Assembly: GCA_002327985.1 (NCBI GenBank)
Contig: DCVM01000126.1
Location: 2,381-66,380 of the forward strand
From: Syntrophaceae bacterium UBA2188
GTDB lineage: Bacteria; Desulfobacterota; BSN033; UBA1163
Direction of reading: 5' to 3'
DNA: 64,000 bases
In this document: positions 38,752 through 48,692 of the stretch, one piece after another
Layout of the letters: the number at the start of each line of letters is the position of its first letter
Numbering within the stretch: the stretch's first letter is position 1
Notes under the pieces: generated by a model
Seen by the model: the letters and a program-made list of their open reading frames with translations, nothing else
Told to the model about the DNA's origin: nothing
Databases searched by the model: none
Program-made: the position numbers and the translations under genes

Positions 38752-40440
38752 TTGAGAATACGATTAATCGATCCAGCCTACGAACACCCTTACATCAGCC
38801 ACTCACAAAAAGTGATTAAGAACATTTGGTTTGCTCGCCTCACGCTGACCACGCTGGCCGCACTCACCCCTCCGGATGTCGAAGTGGAGATTACAGATGA
38901 GAATGTGGAGCCCATCGACTTTGAAGAGGAAGTGGATCTGGTCGGCGTGACCGGAATGCTCATGCATGCCCCCAGGGCTTATCAGATCGCAGAGGAGTTT
39001 CGTCAGAGGGGGATTCCGGTCGTGATGGGAGGGCCCCATGCCTCGAGTCTTCCTCTTGAAGCCAAGGAGCATGTGGATGCGGTGGTGATCGGTGAAGCGG
39101 AAAATGTCTGGGGAGGATTGATCGAAGACTTCAAGAAGGGATGCCTAAAACCTTTCTACAAGGCAGAGGGTTTTTGCTCGATGGAAAAGCTTCCCTTTCC
39201 GAGGCTCGATCTTCTTCGCAAAGATAAATATATGACGATCAATTGCGTCCAGACGACGCGGGGCTGTCCTCACCAATGTGATTTCTGTCATGTCACACAT
39301 TTTTTTGGAAAGACTTATCGCTGTCGCCCGGTGGACGAAGTGATTGAAGAGGTGAAACGGTTAGAAGGGGACTTTCTCGTTTTCATCGACGACAATATTG
39401 CCGGGAACCGCCGTTATGCCAAAGAGCTTTTCACCCGATTGAAGCCCCTCAAGAAGAAATGGGCCAGCCAGGCCAGTATGACGCTGACCCGGGACCCCGA
39501 ACTTCTGAAACTTGCTGCCGAGAGCGGATGTGTCACTTTGTTCATCGGGGTAGAATCCCTTTCTCCAGAAAACTTGAAGGATGTGAATAAGACCTTTAAC
39601 CATGTCCACCAGTTTGGGGAGGCCATGAAGGCCGTACACGACCATGACATCATGGTCGTAGCCGGTTTAATTTTTGGATTGGATTATGATGATGAAGGGG
39701 TTTTTGAAAGGACGCTTCGTTTCTGTGAACAGAATCGGATTGAACTGCCCAGTTTTTTCCTTCTTACCCCCCTGCCCGGGACACCGCTATTTCAACGGAT
39801 GGAATCAGAGGGCAGGCTCCTGCATAAGGATTGGGCTCAATATAATGGAGCCACCGTCGTTTTCAAGCCGAGGTTGATGACCGAAGAGACGCTTCAGCGC
39901 GGATTTAATTGGGCCTGCAAAGAGGCCTATTCCTGGGGGTCCATCTTTAAGAGGGTGTTCCATCCGCAACAACGATTCATCACGCGGACTCTTTCGAATG
40001 TTGCCTATCGTAGGATTGCCCAGATGACACCCGAAGGGTATCTTCCAAGCCTTTCGCGAATTTTGCAGAAGATGAATGACACCATCCCCCTTCATAATCC
40101 TCGGGACTTGATTCAGCGGGTGGGAGAGAAGATTGCCGAGGGAAAACTTCTGATCGGTCAAAAAGCGACGGATACGCTCGAGCTCTATTCCATTTATAAT
40201 GAACGGCTTAAAACCCTTTTTGTCAGACTGGAAGGTTCCATGGATCGGAGGGGAGCCAAGGAATTGACCAAGAGGCTCAAAGGGGTGCTCAATGTTGAAA
40301 TCCAAAAAGTCATCCTTGACTTCAAGGATGTTGGGGCTTTTTCCTCAGAGGCGATTGCCCTGCTTTCGAGGAAAGGCCTTCTCCAGACCGAAGGGGAGAA
40401 GCTCTGGGTCGCCTTGAACCTACCGGGCAACCAGGGTTAG
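38752..40440 (+). CDS. B12-binding radical SAM protein with C-terminal STAS-like extension
   Basis: B12-binding-like N-terminus (DENVE, VVMGGPHAS); 'TRGCPHQCDFC'; C-terminus 'VRLEGSMD...KVILDFKDV..FSSEAI.LL'. Confidence 0.85.
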   Translation: MRIRLIDPAYEHPYISHSQKVIKNIWFARLTLTTLAALTPPDVEVEITDENVEPIDFEEEVDLVGVTGMLMHAPRAYQIAEEFRQRGIPVVMGGPHASSLPLEAKEHVDAVVIGEAENVWGGLIEDFKKGCLKPFYKAEGFCSMEKLPFPRLDLLRKDKYMTINCVQTTRGCPHQCDFCHVTHFFGKTYRCRPVDEVIEEVKRLEGDFLVFIDDNIAGNRRYAKELFTRLKPLKKKWASQASMTLTRDPELLKLAAESGCVTLFIGVESLSPENLKDVNKTFNHVHQFGEAMKAVHDHDIMVVAGLIFGLDYDDEGVFERTLRFCEQNRIELPSFFLLTPLPGTPLFQRMESEGRLLHKDWAQYNGATVVFKPRLMTEETLQRGFNWACKEAYSWGSIFKRVFHPQQRFITRTLSNVAYRRIAQMTPEGYLPSLSRILQKMNDTIPLHNPRDLIQRVGEKIAEGKLLIGQKATDTLELYSIYNERLKTLFVRLEGSMDRRGAKELTKRLKGVLNVEIQKVILDFKDVGAFSSEAIALLSRKGLLQTEGEKLWVALNLPGNQG

Positions 40441-40483
40441 CTTTCCTACCTGCCTGTTGATAAATAATTAAAAAGAGAAGAAC

Positions 40484-40678
40484 TCATTCTCTTGAAAATC
40501 TGCGAGCGGCCCTCTGTCTTCTCCTTCTCGCCTCCTGCTGTTTTCTTTTCTTTTTCACAGAAGGTTTCTCGTAGGACCTTCTTTTTTTCAATTCCTTTAA
40601 GATCCCATCCCTGGCGAGTTGGCGCTTCAGGGTTTTGATCGCATTCTCGATCTGGTTGTTTTGAACTTTAACTTCCAA
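40484..40678 (-). CDS. rpsU: 30S ribosomal protein S21 (TTG start)
   Basis: GILKELKKRRSYEKPSVKKKRK; RBS GGAGAGGT. Confidence 0.93.
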   Translation of the reverse strand: MEVKVQNNQIENAIKTLKRQLARDGILKELKKRRSYEKPSVKKKRKQQEARRRRQRAARRFSRE

Positions 40679-40778
40679 CGACCTCTCCTCTGATCCGTCA
40701 GAACACAAAAATCCTTTTTATCAAAACAAAGTGTTCAACCCCATCATTTCTAACGAGGTTTCCCTTTTGGTCATCGAG

Positions 40779-41087
40779 TTATCTACTCCGGTTTCTTCTG
40801 TCCTTGAACTCGCCCCCCCTTTTTTTCTGGGGTCTGGCCTCACTCACGATCAAAGCCCGGTCCATAAAAGTCTTTCCATTGATGAGGGAGACGGCCTTCT
40901 CCGCCTCCTCCGCCGAGCTCATTTCCACGAAACCAAATCCTCTGGACCTTCCTGAATATGAATCGGTAACAATTTTGATGGACTGTACGGCTCCTGCTTC
41001 AGAGAAGAGTTTCTTCAAGTCCTCTTCTGAAGCTCCAAAGGAGAGGTTTCCAACATAAAGTTTTAAATTCATCTTTTTCTCCTCCAT
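40779..41087 (-). CDS. RRM (RNP-1) RNA-binding protein
   Basis: RNP2 LYVGNL; RNP1 RGFGFVEM. Confidence 0.95.
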   Translation of the reverse strand: MEEKKMNLKLYVGNLSFGASEEDLKKLFSEAGAVQSIKIVTDSYSGRSRGFGFVEMSSAEEAEKAVSLINGKTFMDRALIVSEARPQKKRGGEFKDRRNRSR

Positions 41088-41376
41088 TTAATTAAAAACC
41101 CAAAAGCCTTTCTAAAGAGCTATTGGGGATACCCAAAAACTTTTTATAAAGTTCAGTTATTTGTATTTATGGACTAAATTTCCGCATCTGTCAAGTTAAA
41201 TTCTTAAAACCCGGTCATTTTGTATTTTTTTGATTTGTTTAATCTTTCTCCTTTTCCTTCAAGTCATCCATAAAAAATATTGATTTGGAGTGTAATAAAC
41301 GTTTGACATTTTTTTTTGCTTCATTTATATATAGGTCGGACTTTGTGAAAAATTTATCAGAAAGGAGGGGGGAAGA

Positions 41377-42210
41377 TTGCATAAGATTACATACAAGAGG
41401 GAAATGGCTGAAAAAACGGTGTGCCATCTTAAGGTAGAGGCACCCAGAATTGCCCGGAAGGCGAAGCCAGGACAATTTGTCGTTTTAAAGGTTAATGAAA
41501 CGGGGGAGAGAATTCCTTTGACCATGGGAGGAACCGATCCGGCGACAGGATTGATCGACCTGATCTTCCAAGTCGTTGGAAAGTCCACTGCCCTCATGAG
41601 AACCCTCAATGTAGGAGATTCCATCCAGGATATCATCGGGCCCTTGGGAAAACCGACCCATATTGAAAATCTTGGAAAGGTGATCTGTGTGGGGGGTGGA
41701 ACCGGGGTTGCCGTGATGTACCCCATCACCAAAGCTTACAAAGAAGCGGGAAATCATGTCATCGCTATCATCGGCTCTCGAACGAAAGACCTTTTGATCT
41801 TAGAGGATGAGATGAAGGCAGCCAGTCATGATTTGAGGGTGACGACGGATGATGGGAGTTATGGAATTCACGGATTCGTCACAGATGTCCTCCGGAAAAT
41901 TTTGGACGAACAAAAAGATGTGAAATTGATTGTGGGGATTGGCCCCGTACCCATGATGAAGTTTTTATGCAAACTGACCAAGGAATATGGAGTCAGGACA
42001 ATGGTAAGTTTGAATCCCATCATGGTGGATGCCACAGGAATGTGCGGAGCCTGTCGGGTGACGGTGGGAGGTAAAACAAAATTTTGTTGTGTGGATGGCC
42101 CGGAATTTGATGGCCATGAGGTCGACTATGATGAATTGGTAAAGAGGCAAAGGGCCTATCTCACAGAGGAGAAGGTATCCATGGAACAATTTAAGACGGC
42201 AGGAAAATAA
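41377..42210 (+). CDS. nfnA: NfnA / SudB-like subunit of NADH-dependent reduced ferredoxin:NADP+ oxidoreductase
   Basis: PGQFV; GERIPLT; GGGTGVA; GPVPMMKF; MVDATGMCGACRV; CVDGPEFD. Confidence 0.88.
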   Translation: MHKITYKREMAEKTVCHLKVEAPRIARKAKPGQFVVLKVNETGERIPLTMGGTDPATGLIDLIFQVVGKSTALMRTLNVGDSIQDIIGPLGKPTHIENLGKVICVGGGTGVAVMYPITKAYKEAGNHVIAIIGSRTKDLLILEDEMKAASHDLRVTTDDGSYGIHGFVTDVLRKILDEQKDVKLIVGIGPVPMMKFLCKLTKEYGVRTMVSLNPIMVDATGMCGACRVTVGGKTKFCCVDGPEFDGHEVDYDELVKRQRAYLTEEKVSMEQFKTAGK

Positions 42211-42221
42211 AGGGGGTTGAG

Positions 42222-43634
42222 ATGGCAGAGAAAGAAGAGAAAGAAAAGAAACCAAAAGTCCCAAGGCAGAAGATGCCTGAGCAGGAACCCAAGGTGAGGG
42301 CGAGGAATTTTAATGAGGTTCCTTTTGGATATACGCCTGAATTGGCCCAGTTAGAGTCGAGTCGTTGCCTTCAATGCAAGAAACCGAAATGTATTGAGGG
42401 ATGCCCGGTAGAAATCGATATCCCCGCCTTTATCAAACTCATCCAAGAGGGGGATTTTGACGGTTCGGCTCGGAAATTAAAGGAACGCAATAGCCTCCCT
42501 GCTGTTTGCGGTCGCGTCTGTCCTCAAGAAGACCAGTGTGAAAAGGTATGTATCGTTGGGAAGAAAGACCAACCCGTTGCCATCGGCAGGCTGGAGCGAT
42601 TTGCTGCGGATTGGGAGAGGACAAAAGGAACGATTACCATCCCTGAGAAGGCGCCATCCACGGGTAAGAAAGTGGCAGTCGTGGGATCAGGTCCAGCAGG
42701 TTTGACCTTAGCAGGGGATCTCATTCTTAAGGGACATGAGGTCACCATTTTTGAAGCCCTCCACAAAACCGGGGGTGTTCTCATTTATGGCATTCCAGAA
42801 TTCCGTCTCCCCAAGGATATTGTTCAGTCGGAGGTTAACTATCTGGAGAAATTGGGTGTAAAAGTAGAGTGCAACTGCGTCATCGGAAGAATCGAGACTG
42901 TTGACGAAATTCTTCAGGAATATGATGCTGTTTTCTTGGGTCTGGGGGCAGGCCTTCCCCAGTTTTTAAACGTCCCTGGAGAGAACTATTGTGGCATCTA
43001 TTCAGCCAATGAATATTTAACGAGATCCAATTTGATGAAGGCGTACCTCTTTCCTAAATATGATACGCCAATCGCCCGAGGAAAGAATGTGGCCGTCTTT
43101 GGAGCAGGGAATGTGGCCATGGATTCAGCCAGGACGGCTCTGCGATTAGGAGCGGACACTGTTCGAATCATCTATCGACGATCAAGGGATGAGATGCCGG
43201 CTCGTATCGAAGAGGTTCACCATGCAGAGGAAGAGGGCGTCCAATTTTATCTCCTTACCGCTCCTACAAAATTTTTGGGAGATGATAATGGATGGGTGAC
43301 CGGCGTCGAGTGTCTCCAGATGGAATTGGGGGAACCCGATGAGTCTGGAAGGCGCAGACCGGTTCCCATCAAAGGTTCAGAATTTCAATTAGAGTGTGAT
43401 CTGGCTGTGGTGGCCATTGGTGCTGGTCCTAATCCACTTCTTCCGACACAGACACAGGGTCTGGAGCTTAATAAGAGAGGTTATATCGTCGCTGACCTCG
43501 AAACCGGAAAGACATCCAAACCCGGAGTTTGGGCAGGAGGCGATATCGTAACCGGTTCAGCCACTGTCATCCTGGCCATGGGAGCAGGGAGAAAGGCAGC
43601 CAATTCGATTCACGAATATCTGATGAATAAGTAG
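42222..43634 (+). CDS. nfnB: NfnB / SudA-like (GltD-homologous) subunit
   Basis: RCLQCK..C..GCPV; CGRVCPQE.QCE; GSGPAGL; YGIPEFRLPK; GAGNVAMD; GGDIVTG.ATVILAMG. Confidence 0.88.
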   Translation: MAEKEEKEKKPKVPRQKMPEQEPKVRARNFNEVPFGYTPELAQLESSRCLQCKKPKCIEGCPVEIDIPAFIKLIQEGDFDGSARKLKERNSLPAVCGRVCPQEDQCEKVCIVGKKDQPVAIGRLERFAADWERTKGTITIPEKAPSTGKKVAVVGSGPAGLTLAGDLILKGHEVTIFEALHKTGGVLIYGIPEFRLPKDIVQSEVNYLEKLGVKVECNCVIGRIETVDEILQEYDAVFLGLGAGLPQFLNVPGENYCGIYSANEYLTRSNLMKAYLFPKYDTPIARGKNVAVFGAGNVAMDSARTALRLGADTVRIIYRRSRDEMPARIEEVHHAEEEGVQFYLLTAPTKFLGDDNGWVTGVECLQMELGEPDESGRRRPVPIKGSEFQLECDLAVVAIGAGPNPLLPTQTQGLELNKRGYIVADLETGKTSKPGVWAGGDIVTGSATVILAMGAGRKAANSIHEYLMNK

Positions 43635-43663
43635 TGTCGACATTGCATGCTAACGAAATGAAG

Positions 43664-43697
43664 GAGAGGGCAGAACCAGGTGGGTCTGCCCTCTCCA
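43664..43697. terminator. GC-rich hairpin after nfnB
   Basis: ggagagggcagaacc/gggtctgccctctcc; no clear U tract. Confidence 0.45.
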
Positions 43698-43805
43698 ATA
43701 TTATCTCCAATATCATTGATTGACAGGCTTTTATAAAAAGGGTAGATTCTTCTTCGGGCAGGTAGGCCATGATGACTTTGTTAAACCGTTTACGATAAAT
43801 GGAGG

Positions 43806-44222
43806 ATGAAGGTGGAACGCCTTCAAATCGTTGCACGATACAGGGATGGCAAGATCATGAAGGGTTTTACCAATGATTTCTTTCCAAACAAGGATCGTTT
43901 CCATCTCTTTCCTCATGATAACCCCTCCGGGAGTGGAATCGAGGTGGTGTTGAGTAGACTCAAGGCTGTTTTTATCGTTCGGGATTTCATAGGAGATCCA
44001 CACTATAATGAACGGAAAAAGTATATGGAAGGAGAAAAGGTTTCTGGCGTGAAAGTGGAGGTGACGTTTGAGGATGGTGAAGTCCTGGTTGGGTCAACGT
44101 TAGGCTACGACCCAAAACGACAGGGGTTTTTTCTCTTCCCTGCTGACCCCCAGAGCAATAATATAAGGATATTTGTAGTATCCTCTCATTTAAAAAATGT
44201 CCGTTATCTATCTCTCGATTAG
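43806..44222 (+). CDS. conserved hypothetical protein (DUF6982-like, two internal repeats)
   Basis: 'DG..MKG.T.DF.P', 'V.FEDGE.L.G', 'GFFLFPADP.SNN'. Confidence 0.7.
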   Translation: MKVERLQIVARYRDGKIMKGFTNDFFPNKDRFHLFPHDNPSGSGIEVVLSRLKAVFIVRDFIGDPHYNERKKYMEGEKVSGVKVEVTFEDGEVLVGSTLGYDPKRQGFFLFPADPQSNNIRIFVVSSHLKNVRYLSLD

Positions 44223-44421
44223 AGATCAATAAATCTTTTAAACTTTAATCTTCACATGTTGAGGTGGAATCCGCATCCTCTCGTCCCAAGGCTTCTTTCT
44301 GGTGGCAAAGGATTTGACACCGTTTTCTTAATCGAATATGTTACGGTATATTAAATGGTGAACCAATTGGATCGTAGCGGCAGGCGTTACTGCCAAAATG
44401 ATTACTATGTGAAATAAGCTC

Positions 44422-46557
44422 GTGACCATCCGCAAGATTCTCATACTTGTTCCCATATTCATTATCGTCTTCTTGCTCCAGTCTTATTTCTGGGTGCCCA
44501 CCTACGAGCAGCAGTCAAGAGGAAATCCTGGCCGGCTTAACGAATACATCACCGCATCCATCGGGGATGCGAGCCTCCTGAACCCGATCCTTTCCGCGGA
44601 TTCGGCAAGCAGTGAGATCAACCACTTGGTCTATGAGGGTCTGATTGATTATAACGAAGACCTACGCTTCAGGGGGCGATTAGCCAGATCATGGAAAATC
44701 TATGAAGAGGCTTTTTTCTATGTCAATGAACAGGCATCGATTCCTTCGATAGGAAGGGCTGGAGCGGAAGAAATTGTTGAGCTTCTGAGGAAGGCCAACC
44801 CAGGGACTCGGCCATTCGATCCTCAGATGAAGGCCTCATTAGAAAACATCGAGGAAATTACTCTCCTCCCCGCCAGGGAATTTGTGATAACCCGGCAAGA
44901 GAAAGAGGGGACGGGCTCTGGGCAAACAAAAGAGATCACGATTCGGGTGAATGCTCCAGCCAGAATTCGGCTGGTCCTGAAAGAGGTGGACCAGTTCCTT
45001 TTTCAGAGTCTTTCCAAAATCCTTGGCGAAGATTATTTCAGCACCTTCAAGGGGGAGAAATATGTACGAATCACTCCAGAGGTTGAACCGAGCAGGAAGA
45101 TGCAATACATCCAGGAGGTTCTTCCTTCCACAGAACATAATCCCATTATCGTTTTTCAATTACGGCCCGATGTCACATTTCATGACGGCCATCCCTTTGA
45201 CGCCCATGATGTCAAGTTCACCTATGATGCAATCATGAATCCTAAGAACCTCTCCCCGCGACTCTCCGACTATGAGCCAGTCAAGGAAGTGACCGTGGTT
45301 GATCCCCACACCGTCCGTATCGTTTACAAACGGCTTTATTCCCCAGCGCTCGGAACATGGGTCATGGGAATGCTTCCGGAACATCTTCTCAACGAGGAGG
45401 TCCTCCAGAAGGAGGCCATCCAATCCGGGAAGGATCCAGAGAAATTTTCCATGCGCCAGAGTCGCTTCAATCGTCATCCAATCGGATGCGGTCCCTTCGT
45501 ATTTAAGGAGTGGAAGTCAGACCAGTACATTCTTCTGGACAGGTATGCTCAATATTGGGAGGGACCCCCCCATTACAGCCGGTATTTTTATCGAATCATC
45601 CCTGATCCTCTCACTCAAGAGATGGAGTTCTATGCGGGGACGGTGGACGCCTATGCGGTTCGTCCCCATCAGGTCGAACGGTTGAAAGAAGATCCAACTT
45701 ATCAGAGTTTCTCAGGCCTCTCCTTTGGCTACAGCTATATCGGTTACAACATGCGGCGTGAGCCGTTCAATGATCCACGGGTTCGTCGTGCCCTCGGCAT
45801 GGCCATGGATGTAGACCAGATCATTCAATACGTCCTCTTTGGTCAAGGGGAACGGATTACAGGCCCCTTTGTCCAACAAACGGATTATTACAATAAGCAT
45901 ATCAAACCCCTTCCCTATGACCCGCAAGGTGCCCTGAAACTCCTCGAAGAAGCGGGCTGGAGGCGCAACCAGGAAGGCTGGCTGGAAAAGAATGGAAAAC
46001 GGTTCCAGTTTACGCTCATCACGAATAGTGGTAACGAGCTTCGCAAGGCCATCCTGACCGTGGCTCAGGATGCGTGGAAGCAAATGGGTATCGACGTCCG
46101 GACGGATCTTCTGGAATGGGCAGTCTTCATCCAGGAGCGTGTCAATAAATTGGATTTTGACGCGTTGATCCTGGGCTGGAGCATGGGGATCGAGCCCGAC
46201 CTTTACCAGCTCTGGCATTCCAGCCAGACCCATCCGTATCAACTTAATTTTGTGGGCTTCAAGAATGAGGCAGCGGACGATCTGATCATCAAGATCCGGC
46301 AGGAATACGATCATGAGCAGCAGGTGGCGTATTGTCATCAACTCCACGAGATCATTGCCAAGGAACAGCCCTATACCTTTCTCTATGTGGGCAAATGGAC
46401 GGCGGTTCTGGATAAAAGGATTGTGGTCAAGGAGACGGATACAGAGGGAAAAGTAATCTATAAAAAGATCACGCCCACAAAAACTGGAAACTACATGTTC
46501 TATTTCAACCGGTGGATCAAGCTTCCTGAAGCCCCTGTCTTTAGTCCCGAAGGATAG
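44422..46557 (+). CDS. peptide/nickel ABC transporter substrate-binding protein (family 5) with insertion
   Basis: LNPIL..D; V.FHDG.PF.A.DVKFTY; PIGCGPF; D.RVRRAL. Confidence 0.9.
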   Translation: MTIRKILILVPIFIIVFLLQSYFWVPTYEQQSRGNPGRLNEYITASIGDASLLNPILSADSASSEINHLVYEGLIDYNEDLRFRGRLARSWKIYEEAFFYVNEQASIPSIGRAGAEEIVELLRKANPGTRPFDPQMKASLENIEEITLLPAREFVITRQEKEGTGSGQTKEITIRVNAPARIRLVLKEVDQFLFQSLSKILGEDYFSTFKGEKYVRITPEVEPSRKMQYIQEVLPSTEHNPIIVFQLRPDVTFHDGHPFDAHDVKFTYDAIMNPKNLSPRLSDYEPVKEVTVVDPHTVRIVYKRLYSPALGTWVMGMLPEHLLNEEVLQKEAIQSGKDPEKFSMRQSRFNRHPIGCGPFVFKEWKSDQYILLDRYAQYWEGPPHYSRYFYRIIPDPLTQEMEFYAGTVDAYAVRPHQVERLKEDPTYQSFSGLSFGYSYIGYNMRREPFNDPRVRRALGMAMDVDQIIQYVLFGQGERITGPFVQQTDYYNKHIKPLPYDPQGALKLLEEAGWRRNQEGWLEKNGKRFQFTLITNSGNELRKAILTVAQDAWKQMGIDVRTDLLEWAVFIQERVNKLDFDALILGWSMGIEPDLYQLWHSSQTHPYQLNFVGFKNEAADDLIIKIRQEYDHEQQVAYCHQLHEIIAKEQPYTFLYVGKWTAVLDKRIVVKETDTEGKVIYKKITPTKTGNYMFYFNRWIKLPEAPVFSPEG

Positions 46558-46560
46558 GAT

Positions 46561-47520
46561 ATGTTATCTTTCATTGCCCGGAATAGCATTCAGAAGGTCA
46601 TCACCCTGTTTTTCGTCTCCGTGATCTCCTTCCTGGTCATTTACCTCGCCCCAGGCGAGCCGAGCCAGGTGGACCCGCTCAATCCCAAGTTCACACCAGA
46701 GATGGTGGAACGATTCCGTCAGCAGTTTCATCTCGATCAACCTCTTTATGTTCAATATGCCTTTTTTTATGGTGACCTCTTTACAGGGAAGACGGTGTCA
46801 TGGAAGGACAACCAACCGGTTCTCAAAAAGGTGTGGGAGCGCTTCAAGAACAGTCTCTGGCTCTTTGTGGTGGGAACCCTCCTCACCTGGACACTCTCCT
46901 TTCCGATTGGAATTCGGTCAGCCATTTTTCGGGGAGGAATGTATGATCGGAGCGCTACGTTTTTTTCCTATCTCCTGATCTCCATCCCCGGTTTCTTTTT
47001 CGCTTATGTTCTGATTATTCTCGTTGTCACCACTCTTCATGTCCCGGTGATCGATATGGAGACGTTCGGATTGGGGGACCCCCCCTGGTATCGCTGGATC
47101 ATGGACAGAGTCTGGCACTTACTTCTTCCCTCCCTTCTTGGGGCGACAGGCGGCATTGCGGTCCTATCACGATACGTCCGGAGCCAGATGATGGAGGTGG
47201 AAAGTCAAGATTACGTCCGGACGGCCCGGGCCAAAGGGGTTCCAGAAGAACAGGTTCACTATAAACACGCCCTCCGGAATGCCCTCTTACCCTTCGTGAC
47301 CATGTTTGGTCTCATTTTGCCAGGCCTGATAGGAGGGTCTGTGATCATCGAGTCCATCTTTGCATGGCCTGGGATGGGGCGGATGGCCTATGAGGCCATT
47401 TTAGCCAGAGATTATCCCATTGTCCTGACGGTCAATTTCATCTCTGCGGTGCTGGTTCTGATCGGCACTTTTATCTCTGACGTGCTTTACATGGTGGTGG
47501 ATCCGAGAATACGTTTGTGA
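46561..47520 (+). CDS. peptide ABC permease (OppB/DppB-like)
   Basis: DYVRTARAKG; HALRNALLP; GSVIIESIF.WPGMG. Confidence 0.93.
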   Translation: MLSFIARNSIQKVITLFFVSVISFLVIYLAPGEPSQVDPLNPKFTPEMVERFRQQFHLDQPLYVQYAFFYGDLFTGKTVSWKDNQPVLKKVWERFKNSLWLFVVGTLLTWTLSFPIGIRSAIFRGGMYDRSATFFSYLLISIPGFFFAYVLIILVVTTLHVPVIDMETFGLGDPPWYRWIMDRVWHLLLPSLLGATGGIAVLSRYVRSQMMEVESQDYVRTARAKGVPEEQVHYKHALRNALLPFVTMFGLILPGLIGGSVIIESIFAWPGMGRMAYEAILARDYPIVLTVNFISAVLVLIGTFISDVLYMVVDPRIRL

Positions 47521-48692
47521 TGAAGGCCTATTCGGAAAATTATTTTCAAAAGACAGGAATGGAGAGGCCCCTTGCACCGAGGGAGACCCGTTGGCGTGAG
47601 GGTTGGAGGCTTCTCAAGCGAAACCGGCTTGCCTTTGCAGGTCTTGTCATTTTTATTCTTTTCTTCCTTATTGCCCTGGCTGGACTCTTCCTCACCTCTG
47701 GAACGAAGCCTGTATTTGATCCAGCGGTTGTGCGATTGGAAGAAAAATTGCGCCCTCCCCTCTCCAATGCCAAGCTGGAGATTTTAAGTTCTGACCGGGT
47801 TCCCCGATTGGGGCTCTATCTCTTCGGCACGGATGAGCTGGGACGAGACGTATTTTCAAGAATGTTGCAGGGGGCATGGGTCTCTCTGACCGTCGGGTTC
47901 GTGGCCGTAGGGATAGCGGTGCTCATCGGCATCCTGTTAGGGGGTATCTCAGGCTATTATGGACAGAACGCGATGAGGGCAGACCAAATTTTCTTGGGAG
48001 CGGTTTTACTTCTAAGCGGGGGTTTGGTGCTGATGGGGATCACCTTCTTTGGAGTCGTCCTTCTGTGTGTTGGGGGTGTCTTGCTGGTTTTCTTCCAATG
48101 GGTAAAGAAGAGAGCAAGCAAGGGGGTTGAAACGGCATGGACAAGGTTTCTTTGGATGCGAGCCATTTCTATAGATACTCTTATCATGCGGTTTGTTGAC
48201 ATCATGCTGTGTTTCCCGAGCTTTTTTCTCATCTTAACTGTGGTAGCGCTCCTTCCAGCAAGCATCTACAACATCATGATTGTAATCGGCCTGACGAGCT
48301 GGATGGGGACGACGCGTTTTGTTCGGGCAGAATTTTTATCCCTCAGGGACCAGGATTTTGTGACGGCTGCCCGTGCTCTCGGGGTGAGCAATTGGCGGAT
48401 CATCTTTCGCCACATGATTCCCAATGCCATTGCACCCGTACTGGTTTCGGCGACCATCAGTATTGCCACGGCAATTTTGACTGAGGCAGGCTTAAGCTTT
48501 CTTGGGTTAGGTGTTCCCCCTCCCCACGCCACCTGGGGGAATATCCTCTCCGATGGTAAGAATTTCATCTTCGATGCACCCTGGCTGACTTTTATCCCGG
48601 GGGTCGCGATCTTGATCGTCGTCCTCTCCTTCAATCTGTTCGGTGAAGGCCTACGGGATATTTTAAATCCAAGACTTAGAGAACGATCATGA
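47517..48692 (+). CDS. peptide ABC permease (OppC/DppC-like)
   Basis: FGTDELGRDVFSR; AARALG; RHMIPN; EAGLSFLGLG. Confidence 0.93.
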   Translation: MMKAYSENYFQKTGMERPLAPRETRWREGWRLLKRNRLAFAGLVIFILFFLIALAGLFLTSGTKPVFDPAVVRLEEKLRPPLSNAKLEILSSDRVPRLGLYLFGTDELGRDVFSRMLQGAWVSLTVGFVAVGIAVLIGILLGGISGYYGQNAMRADQIFLGAVLLLSGGLVLMGITFFGVVLLCVGGVLLVFFQWVKKRASKGVETAWTRFLWMRAISIDTLIMRFVDIMLCFPSFFLILTVVALLPASIYNIMIVIGLTSWMGTTRFVRAEFLSLRDQDFVTAARALGVSNWRIIFRHMIPNAIAPVLVSATISIATAILTEAGLSFLGLGVPPPHATWGNILSDGKNFIFDAPWLTFIPGVAILIVVLSFNLFGEGLRDILNPRLRERS

